IMG/VR virus record: IMGVR_UViG_3300033141_000111
Span: 1 to 25,741 of that record
Origin: a virus
Taxonomy: Duplodnaviria; Caudoviricetes
Direction: 5' to 3' (one strand)
Length of the DNA stretch: 25,741 nt
Below the pieces are notes generated by a model. The model searched no databases. It saw nothing but the letters and a program-made list of their open reading frames with translations, and was not told the origin of the DNA. The stretch's first letter is position 1. Every line of letters begins with the position of its first letter. The position numbers and the translations under genes were made by a program. Positions 1-6,976 of the stretch are shown here, piece by piece.

Positions 1-84
1 AAAAAAGATTTAGAAGGAAAATACGGTCAAGTAAATATTAATTTAGAAGACGGAACATATACAGAGATAGAAAAAGAAAAGTAA
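1..84 (+). CDS. 3' end of small hypothetical phage protein (partial)
   Basis: Frame 1 is open from the window edge: KKDLEGKYGQVNINLEDGTYTEIEKEK*. The stop at 82-84 is 1 nt before the next ATG. Confidence 0.7.
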   Translation, partial: KKDLEGKYGQVNINLEDGTYTEIEKEK

Positions 85-85
85 A

Positions 86-313
86 ATGGACAACATTATA
101 AGAAAAATCAGTATTGGATCTGATTATAAAAATGATGCCATGCACTATTCTGTTGGACAAGAAGTATATGGCGGGCACACTATATCTCACATACTGCTAG
201 AAGATAAAGATTTATCATATAACATTTATATAAAAAAGAACGATGAGGTATTACCTTGGAAGAAGTTTAATTCTAACATGGCTATATCAATCGAGTATGA
301 TCTTAAGTACTAA
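86..313 (+). CDS. Small hypothetical phage protein (75 aa)
   Basis: ORF with genome-typical codon usage; its stop overlaps the next start (TAATG). Confidence 0.8.
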   Translation: MDNIIRKISIGSDYKNDAMHYSVGQEVYGGHTISHILLEDKDLSYNIYIKKNDEVLPWKKFNSNMAISIEYDLKY

Positions 314-918
314 TGAGAAGTGTGTATGATTTTATCGTTAAGCCGATAGGTGAAAGATATTCTAATACAAAAAAAATAGGTGATAAGGAATTAGTTTTAA
401 ATACTAAAGTTGAAGGTTGGAAATTTGTAAATAGATTTGCTGAAGTAGTATCAACACCTCTCGCTATTGCAACGCCTGTTAAACAGGGTGATATAGTTGT
501 AATACATCAAAACATTTTTAGAAGATTTTATAACATGCAAGGTAAGCAGACAAATAGTAGATCTTATTTTAAAGATGATTTATATTTTGCTAGTGTAGAC
601 CAGGTTTATTTGTATAAAAGAAATAAATATTGGAACTCTTTAAACGATAGGTGCTTTATAATACCTATTAAAAATAAAGATATTCTATTAAACAAAAAAG
701 AATTAAACAATATTGGTATACTAAAAATAGGTAATAGCTTCTTAGAAGAGCTAAGAATAACTCCAGGACACATAGTTACTTATAAAGCTGGGTCAGAATG
801 GGAGTTTAATATAGACGGTGAGCGTTTGTATTGTATGAAATCAAATGATATTTTATTAGAACATGGATATAAAGAAGACCAAAAAGAGTATAATCCAAGC
901 TGGGCAAAAAGCAGTTGA
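313..918 (+). CDS. Co-chaperonin GroES-like protein, two tandem GroES-like repeats
   Basis: Repeat 1 is FIVKPIGERY...EVVSTP...VKQGDIVV; repeat 2 is RCFIIPIKN...GILKIGN...ITPGHIVTY...EFNIDGERLYCMKSNDI. Both resemble Cpn10 beta-barrel signatures. Confidence 0.65.
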   Translation: MRSVYDFIVKPIGERYSNTKKIGDKELVLNTKVEGWKFVNRFAEVVSTPLAIATPVKQGDIVVIHQNIFRRFYNMQGKQTNSRSYFKDDLYFASVDQVYLYKRNKYWNSLNDRCFIIPIKNKDILLNKKELNNIGILKIGNSFLEELRITPGHIVTYKAGSEWEFNIDGERLYCMKSNDILLEHGYKEDQKEYNPSWAKSS

Positions 919-1138
919 AGAGTTAATCAAAGTAGCTAAAGAAGCTATTGTTGATTCAGATGATGATATATCAGCTGACAGACTTAAGAACGCTGCCGCT
1001 ACAAAAAAACTAGCTATATTTGATGCGTTTGAAATACTACAACGCATACAAGAAGAAGAGAATATGTTAAATGAAAAACCTAAAGAAGTTAAAAAAGAAA
1101 GAGCTTTTAAAGGTTTTGCTGAAGGTAGATCTAAATAA
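863..1138 (+). CDS. Helical protein, possible terminase small subunit
   Basis: 91-aa helical ORF directly upstream of TerL with TAATG coupling. It overlaps the GroES-like gene by 56 nt. Function is inferred from position only. Confidence 0.5.
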   Translation: MDIKKTKKSIIQAGQKAVEELIKVAKEAIVDSDDDISADRLKNAAATKKLAIFDAFEILQRIQEEENMLNEKPKEVKKERAFKGFAEGRSK

Positions 1139-3357
1139 TGTATACTCAAGATCTTTATAAAGTTTTAGATGATTATATAAAACCACATATAATCAAAAAA
1201 AACAATAGATATAAAAAATGGAAATATGGTTATAACAAAGAGCATGATGTAGTTGTTATAAGTAAGACTGGTCAAATAGGTGAGATATATGAAATACAAA
1301 ATTTAAAAATAGCTCTACCAAAACAACCAAAAGACGTACATAAGTTTAAGTCTAATACTTGGGAGCAAACCCCTATACCTGTTGAATTAAAGAAAATAAA
1401 AACGATATTTGATTGGGAGAGATACCCTGTTGATTTCAAGGAGAAATGGTATGATTACATTGATAAAGAATTTACTCGCAGAGACGAAGGCTTTTGGTTC
1501 TATAATAAAGGTGTGGCTACTTACATTAGTGGTACTCATTTTATGTACTTGCAGTGGTCCAAAATTGATGTTGGGAAGCCAGACTATAGGGAAGCAAACA
1601 GATTATTCTTTATCTTTTGGGAAGCTTGCAAGGCAGATCCACGATCCTATGGGATGTGCTACCTTAAGAACAGGCGTTCCGGGTTTTCTTTCATGGCCTC
1701 TGGAGAGGTGGTCAACATGGCAACCATATCAAGTGACTCCAGGTATGGTATACTTTCAAAGTCCGGTCCTGATGCAAAGACGATGTTCACAGACAAGGTG
1801 GTTCCAATTTCAGTTAATTATCCCTTCTTTTTCAAACCCATCCAGGACGGAATGGACCGTCCAAAGACCGAGCTTGCCTACCGTGTCCCCGCCAGTAAGT
1901 TCACCCGTAGAAAACTTACCACAACCCCTGACGAAACCCAACAGGAATTACAGGGACTTGACACGACCATCGATTGGAAGAACACCGGTGATAACTCCTA
2001 TGATGGAGAGAAACTCAAACTCCTCGTCCACGATGAATCGGGTAAATGGGAACGTCCGAACAACATCCTCAACAACTGGAGGGTTACGAAAACCACACTA
2101 CGATTAGGTAGTAGAATTATTGGAAAGTGTATGATGGGTAGTACCTGTAATGCGCTGGACAAAGGTGGTGATAACTTTAAAAAACTATATTATGACTCCG
2201 ACGTTACAAAACGAAACCGCAACGGACAGACTCGCTCGGGATTATATAGTTTGTTCATACCTATGGAATGGAACTACGAAGGATACATTGATTCTTATGG
2301 CGTACCTGTATTCGAAACACCAGAAACTGAAAGTGTTGGACCGCATGGAGATATAATAGATTTAGGTGTAATTGAATATTGGCAAAACGAAGTAAACGGT
2401 TTAAAAGGAGATCAAGATGCTTTAAATGAATTTTATAGACAATTTCCAAGAACTGAAGAACATGCTTTTAGAGATGAAGCAAAGCAATCTCTTTTTAATT
2501 TGACAAAAATTTATGAGCAAATTGATTTTAATGGAGATTTAAAACACAGTAATTTAGTTACTAAAGGTAGTTTCCAATGGAGAGATGGAATAAAAGATAC
2601 TAGCGTTATATTTGTTCCAAATAGCAATGGCAGATTTTTAGTAACTTGGGTTCCACCTGAAAACTTACAAAATCGTGTAATAGTAAAGAATGGGGTTAAA
2701 TATCCAGGTAATGAGGATTTAGGTGCTTTTGGTTGTGATAGTTATGATATATCTGGAACAGTGGATAGTAGAGGTTCTAATGGTTCGTTGCATGGATTAA
2801 CTAGTTTTAGTATGCTAGACGTTCCACCTAATCATTTCTTTTTAGAATATATAGCTAGACCTCAAACAGCAGAGATATTTTTTGAAGATGTACTTATGGC
2901 CTGTGTTTTTTATGGCATGCCTATATTAGCGGAAAATAATAAACCTAGATTGTTGTATCATTTTAAAAGAAGAGGATATAGAGGTTTTTCAATGAATAGA
3001 CCTGACAAAATATATAACAAGTTATCTGTTACTGAAAGAGATATTGGAGGTATACCAAACTCAAGTGAAGATATAAAACAAGCACACGCTGCTGCAATAG
3101 AAACTTATATAGAAAACTTTATAGGTTTACAAGATAAGGGTTATGGAGACATGTATTTTCAAAGAACTTTAAATGATTGGAGTAGATTTAACATAAACAA
3201 TAGAACAAAGCATGATGCGTCTATAAGTTCTGGACTTGCTTTAATGGCATGTAACAAAAATAGATACAGACCTGTACCAAAAAGACAAGTTATATCTTAT
3301 GATTTGGGTATAAAAAAATATGATAACACTGGTATTGTTTCGAAAATTATAAAATAA
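1138..3357 (+). CDS. terL: Terminase large subunit
   Basis: Walker-A-like LKNRRSGFS, Walker B LLVHDESGKW, coupling motif MMGST, RNase-H-like nuclease FGCDSYD and C-terminal KHDASISSG. Lies upstream of the portal gene. Confidence 0.93.
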   Translation: MYTQDLYKVLDDYIKPHIIKKNNRYKKWKYGYNKEHDVVVISKTGQIGEIYEIQNLKIALPKQPKDVHKFKSNTWEQTPIPVELKKIKTIFDWERYPVDFKEKWYDYIDKEFTRRDEGFWFYNKGVATYISGTHFMYLQWSKIDVGKPDYREANRLFFIFWEACKADPRSYGMCYLKNRRSGFSFMASGEVVNMATISSDSRYGILSKSGPDAKTMFTDKVVPISVNYPFFFKPIQDGMDRPKTELAYRVPASKFTRRKLTTTPDETQQELQGLDTTIDWKNTGDNSYDGEKLKLLVHDESGKWERPNNILNNWRVTKTTLRLGSRIIGKCMMGSTCNALDKGGDNFKKLYYDSDVTKRNRNGQTRSGLYSLFIPMEWNYEGYIDSYGVPVFETPETESVGPHGDIIDLGVIEYWQNEVNGLKGDQDALNEFYRQFPRTEEHAFRDEAKQSLFNLTKIYEQIDFNGDLKHSNLVTKGSFQWRDGIKDTSVIFVPNSNGRFLVTWVPPENLQNRVIVKNGVKYPGNEDLGAFGCDSYDISGTVDSRGSNGSLHGLTSFSMLDVPPNHFFLEYIARPQTAEIFFEDVLMACVFYGMPILAENNKPRLLYHFKRRGYRGFSMNRPDKIYNKLSVTERDIGGIPNSSEDIKQAHAAAIETYIENFIGLQDKGYGDMYFQRTLNDWSRFNINNRTKHDASISSGLALMACNKNRYRPVPKRQVISYDLGIKKYDNTGIVSKIIK
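1451..2107 (+). CDS. Overprinted +1-frame gene inside terL: putative lipoprotein or membrane-anchored protein (218 aa)
   Basis: The +1 frame is stop-free from 1400 to 2104. ATG 1451 follows AAGGAG with a 7-nt spacer. The protein has K-VWLLTLVVLIL-CTC-SG (hydrophobic helix plus Cys) and a Pro/Ser/Thr/Arg-rich C-terminus. It coincides with the GC and codon anomaly in terL. Confidence 0.75.
   Translation: MITLIKNLLAETKAFGSIIKVWLLTLVVLILCTCSGPKLMLGSQTIGKQTDYSLSFGKLARQIHDPMGCATLRTGVPGFLSWPLERWSTWQPYQVTPGMVYFQSPVLMQRRCSQTRWFQFQLIIPSFSNPSRTEWTVQRPSLPTVSPPVSSPVENLPQPLTKPNRNYRDLTRPSIGRTPVITPMMERNSNSSSTMNRVNGNVRTTSSTTGGLRKPHYD
2192..2356 (+). CDS. Second overprinted +1-frame small ORF inside terL (54 aa; 68 aa if started at 2150)
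   Basis: The +1 frame is open 2135-2356. ATG 2192 has the leader AAAAAACTATATT, like the TATATT-ATG leaders of genes 5722 and 8520. C-rich terL codons persist here. Confidence 0.4.
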   Translation: MTPTLQNETATDRLARDYIVCSYLWNGTTKDTLILMAYLYSKHQKLKVLDRMEI

Positions 3358-5112
3358 ATGAATATAAATTATAATACTAATAGCGCTTTTCCCAATCAGG
3401 TGGTACCTTTGGAGGAAAAATTAAGTATGAAGTATGGTAGTCAGGTTGCTGATGCTATACAATCAGAATGGTTTGCGCAAGGTAGAACTAATGGAAATAG
3501 GTATTTAACAACCTTTAACAATTATCACACTCGTAGATTATATGCTAGAGGTGAACAATCAACTCAAAAATATAAAGATGAATTATCTATAAATGGTGAT
3601 TTATCTTATTTAAACTTAGATTGGAAACCAGTGCCTATATTATCTAAATTTGTAGATATACTTACTAATGGTATTTCTAATAAAGATTATGATATAAAAG
3701 CTTATGCTAATGATCCTATGTCTGTTAAAAAGAGAACAGACTACGCTACTAGACTAGCTATGGATATGTATGGTCAAGATATTATAGAAGAAGTAAAAGC
3801 TACTACAGGACAAGATATATCACAAACAAATATACCAGCAGTTGATCTTCCTAAAACAATGGAAGAAATGGAACTTCATTTACAACTATCTTATAAACAA
3901 TCAATTGAGATAGCTGAAGAAGAAGCAATAACACAAACGTTAGATAAAAATAAATACGATTTACTTAAACGTAGGTTAAATTATGATCTAGTTACATTAG
4001 GTATTGCAGCTGCAAAAACAAATTTCAATACAGCTGAAGGTATAACTTTAGATTATGTTGATCCTGCTTATATGATTTATTCATATACAGAAGATCCTAA
4101 TTTTGAAGATATATATTATGTTGGAGAGGTTAAAGCTGTTACTATTCCAGAAATAAAACAACAATTTCCAAACATATCTGATGACGCGTTAGAAAAAATT
4201 CAAAAGTCTTATAGTAATAATAATTATATTTACGGTTGGGGTGCTTACGATGAAAACACTGTTCAAGTTTTATATTTTGAATATAAGACTTATATGGATC
4301 AAGTATTTAAAATAAAACATACAGATCAAGGTTTAGAAAAAGCATTAGAAAAACCAGATACTTTTAATCCACCAGAAAGTGATAATTTTAATAAAGTTTC
4401 AAGAAGTGTAGAGGTTTTATTTGAGGGTGTAAAAGTGTTAGGAACAGATATGATGCTTAGCTGGAAAATGGCTGAGAACATGACTAGGCCATTAGCTGAT
4501 ACAACTAAAGTAGAAATGAATTATGCTATTTGTGCACCTCGTATGTATAAAGGTAGAATAGAATCTATTGTTAGTAAAACTATAGGTTTTGCTGATATGA
4601 TACAATTAACTCATTTAAAACTACAACAGGTTATAGCTAGAATGGTTCCTGATGGTGTATTCTTAGACATGGATGGGTTAGCGGAAGTTGATTTAGGTAA
4701 TGGAACTAATTATAATCCAGCTGAAGCATTAAACATGTATTTTCAAACTGGTTCTGTAGTTGGTAGATCACTTACTCAAGATGGTACTATGAACGCTGGT
4801 AAAGTACCTGTTCAAGAATTATCCACCTCTTCAGGTCAAGCTAAAATAGGTTCTTTAATAAATACCTATAATTACTACGTACAAATGATACGGGATGTAA
4901 CAGGATTAAACGAAGCTAGAGATGGTAGTTTACCAGATAGAGATACTTTGGTTGGTTTACAAAAAATTGCAGCTCAACAGTCTAATATAGCGACTAAGCA
5001 TATTAACAATGCTAGTTTATATTTAACGTTAAGATTATGCGAGAATATATCTAAAAAATTAGTTGATGTTCTTAATTTTCCATTAACAGCTATGATTTTG
5101 GAATATTCTTAG
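3358..5112 (+). CDS. Portal protein, N-terminal part (reading frame broken near 5090)
   Basis: Abuts terL (TAAATG). Portal-like content: LNLDWKPVPILSKFVD, IRDVTGLNEARDGS. The last residues MILEYS* look out of frame. Confidence 0.85.
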   Translation: MNINYNTNSAFPNQVVPLEEKLSMKYGSQVADAIQSEWFAQGRTNGNRYLTTFNNYHTRRLYARGEQSTQKYKDELSINGDLSYLNLDWKPVPILSKFVDILTNGISNKDYDIKAYANDPMSVKKRTDYATRLAMDMYGQDIIEEVKATTGQDISQTNIPAVDLPKTMEEMELHLQLSYKQSIEIAEEEAITQTLDKNKYDLLKRRLNYDLVTLGIAAAKTNFNTAEGITLDYVDPAYMIYSYTEDPNFEDIYYVGEVKAVTIPEIKQQFPNISDDALEKIQKSYSNNNYIYGWGAYDENTVQVLYFEYKTYMDQVFKIKHTDQGLEKALEKPDTFNPPESDNFNKVSRSVEVLFEGVKVLGTDMMLSWKMAENMTRPLADTTKVEMNYAICAPRMYKGRIESIVSKTIGFADMIQLTHLKLQQVIARMVPDGVFLDMDGLAEVDLGNGTNYNPAEALNMYFQTGSVVGRSLTQDGTMNAGKVPVQELSTSSGQAKIGSLINTYNYYVQMIRDVTGLNEARDGSLPDRDTLVGLQKIAAQQSNIATKHINNASLYLTLRLCENISKKLVDVLNFPLTAMILEYS

Positions 5113-5696
5113 ATCTTGAACCAGATGAAGAAGAAAAAGCTCAACTAGAACAAAACATCCAAGTTGCATTGCAATCAGGTGGTATTGATTTAGAAGACGC
5201 TATTGATCTTAGACAAATACGCAATTTAAAGTTAGCTAATCAAATGCTAAAACAAAAACGTAGATTAAAACAGGAAAGAGATCAAAAGGCTGCTCAAGCT
5301 AATATGCAGGCTCAAGCTCAAGCAAATGCAAAATTAGCAGAGCAAACAGCATTAGCTGAAACTCAAAAACAACAAGTTTTAGTTGATCAAAAAATGCAAT
5401 TAGAACAAGCCAAATCTCAATTTGAAATACAAAGAATGCAGGCTGAAGCTGAAATTAAACGACAGTTAATGGCTGAAGAGTTTAATTATAATGTTCAACT
5501 TGCTAAAGAAAAATTCTCTAGTGAAGGAAATAAAGAGAAAGAAATAGAAGATAGAAAAGATAAAAGAGCTAGAATAATAGGGACTCAACAGTCTCAAATG
5601 ATACAGCAGAGACAAAATGATGGAACACCTATCGATTTTGAATCTACTAATGATAGTTTAGGTGACTTTGGTTTAGAAGCCTTTGGTCCTAAATAA
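5091..5696 (+). CDS. Portal protein, C-terminal part (-1 frame continuation)
   Basis: Frame open from 5076 reads YDFGIFLDLEPDEEEKAQLEQNIQVALQSGGIDLEDAID... into a Q/A/E-rich coiled coil typical of podoviral portal barrels. There is no convincing independent start. Confidence 0.8.
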   Translation, partial: YDFGIFLDLEPDEEEKAQLEQNIQVALQSGGIDLEDAIDLRQIRNLKLANQMLKQKRRLKQERDQKAAQANMQAQAQANAKLAEQTALAETQKQQVLVDQKMQLEQAKSQFEIQRMQAEAEIKRQLMAEEFNYNVQLAKEKFSSEGNKEKEIEDRKDKRARIIGTQQSQMIQQRQNDGTPIDFESTNDSLGDFGLEAFGPK

Positions 5697-5721
5697 TTTT
5701 TTAATTTTATAATATTATATT

Positions 5722-6960
5722 ATGTCAGAAGTAAAACCGACCGAAGAGGTCAAACAAGAAGGTGACTTTTCTTTAAAAGGAAAGAAAACAAAACCTAAAA
5801 AATTGGTTGACAGTTCAAAAGAACAACCAGTAAAAGTAGATTTAACTAAACCTGAAGCACAAGGAGAACTTGTAGAGGATATAGTTAAAGTTGATTTAAC
5901 AGATAAAAAACAAGAAAATGCCGTTCAAGCACAAGAGACAGATGATAGCAATGTTGTTATCGAAAAGCCCGAAAACAGTGGCGACAGCAAAGAAGTGGTT
6001 GAAAAAGTACGGGACACCGAAGAAAAACTAGAAAGTCCTTTACAAGAAATAACTGAAGAAGAAGTTGACGAAAAGACTATTGAGTTATATGAAGAAGCAG
6101 AGCAAGCTGTTAAAGATCAAGTTACACAAGGTAAAGAATTACCTGAAAACGTACAATCACTTGTAGACTTTATGTCAGAAACAGGTGGTACAATAGAAGA
6201 TTATGTAAGATTAAATCATGATTATTCTAATGTAAACGAAAAAGTATTATTACAAGAATACTATAAACAAGCTAAACCTCATTTAGATCAAGAAGAAATT
6301 AACTTTATTATGGAGGATAATTTTTCTTATGATGAGGAAATTGATGAGCCAAGAGAAATTAGAAAAAAGAAATTGGCTTTCAAAGAAGAAGTTGCTAAAG
6401 CTCGATTAGAGCTTGATGCTATGAAGGATAAATATTACCAGGAAATCAAGTTGAGACCTGGTGTTACCCAAGAACAGCAGAAAGCCACGGACTTTTTCAA
6501 TAGATACAAGCAGCAAGAAGAGCAAGCGAAAACCCTTCAACAGGATTTTAAAAAGCAAACTGAACAAATTTTTAACGACGATTTCAAAGGTTTTGATTTT
6601 AGTTTAGGTGAAAAAAAGTTTAGATATAAAGTTCAAAATCCAAGTGAAGTAGGTAAGTCACAGTTAGATGTTAATAATTTCATTAGTAAATACATTGATG
6701 AAAAAGGAGCTGTAACTAACCCTGCAGGTTATCACAAAGCACTTTATGCTGCAATGAATGCGGATAAAATCGCTAATCATTTTTACGAACAAGGAAGAGC
6801 TGACGGTGTTAAAAACGTTGTCGATTCTTCTAAAAATCTAAGTAGTGACAAGCCTAGGCAAGTTGCCGACGGAAACGTCTTTATAAATGGTTTAAAAGTA
6901 AAATCAATAAGTGGTTTGGATTCGTCTAAACTAAAAATTAAAAAACGAAAATTTAACTAA
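5722..6960 (+). CDS. Acidic head assembly or scaffolding-like protein (412 aa)
   Basis: Very E/D/K-rich, with a disordered N-terminus, coiled coil and basic C-terminal tip. Lies between portal and capsid genes. Confidence 0.65.
   Translation: MSEVKPTEEVKQEGDFSLKGKKTKPKKLVDSSKEQPVKVDLTKPEAQGELVEDIVKVDLTDKKQENAVQAQETDDSNVVIEKPENSGDSKEVVEKVRDTEEKLESPLQEITEEEVDEKTIELYEEAEQAVKDQVTQGKELPENVQSLVDFMSETGGTIEDYVRLNHDYSNVNEKVLLQEYYKQAKPHLDQEEINFIMEDNFSYDEEIDEPREIRKKKLAFKEEVAKARLELDAMKDKYYQEIKLRPGVTQEQQKATDFFNRYKQQEEQAKTLQQDFKKQTEQIFNDDFKGFDFSLGEKKFRYKVQNPSEVGKSQLDVNNFISKYIDEKGAVTNPAGYHKALYAAMNADKIANHFYEQGRADGVKNVVDSSKNLSSDKPRQVADGNVFINGLKVKSISGLDSSKLKIKKRKFN
5918..6031 (+). CDS. Overprinted +1-frame small basic protein MPFKHKRQMIAMLLSKSPKTVATAKKWLKKYGTPKKN (37 aa)
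   Basis: ATG after A-rich AGATAAAAAACAAGAAA; stop TAG at 6029-6031. The host frame uses rare C/G-ending codons across this span (GCC, ATC, AAG CCC, GGC GAC AGC, CGG GAC ACC). Confidence 0.55.
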   Translation: MPFKHKRQMIAMLLSKSPKTVATAKKWLKKYGTPKKN

Positions 6961-6976
6961 TTAAAACTTTTAAATT

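Noticed and set aside
856-1149. Minus-strand 97-aa ORF
   Set aside because: Antisense shadow of the K/E/A-rich gene 863-1138, giving an S/F/L-rich mirror composition. No codon anomaly.
1400-2350. Intron, intein or horizontally acquired insert as the cause of the terL GC anomaly
   Set aside because: The terL frame is continuous and the segment encodes core Walker A/B motifs, with no intein or homing-endonuclease signatures. Dual coding explains it better.
2261-2449. Minus-strand 62-aa ORF in terL
   Set aside because: Short, antisense to a strongly one-stranded operon, and has no protein-like features.
6172-6180. Internal ATGTCAGAA identical to the scaffold gene start (possible internal start)
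   Set aside because: A short match can be chance, and it lacks the AT-only leader.
6421-6560. Mildly GC-enriched patch in the scaffold gene, checked for another overprinted ORF
   Set aside because: Both alternative + frames contain stops in the first part of the patch, and there is no convincing start or structure.
6857-6879. Small tandem hairpins GGCA-AGT-TGCC and GACG-GAAA-CGTC upstream of the capsid gene
   Set aside because: The 4-bp stems are too short to support without conservation data.
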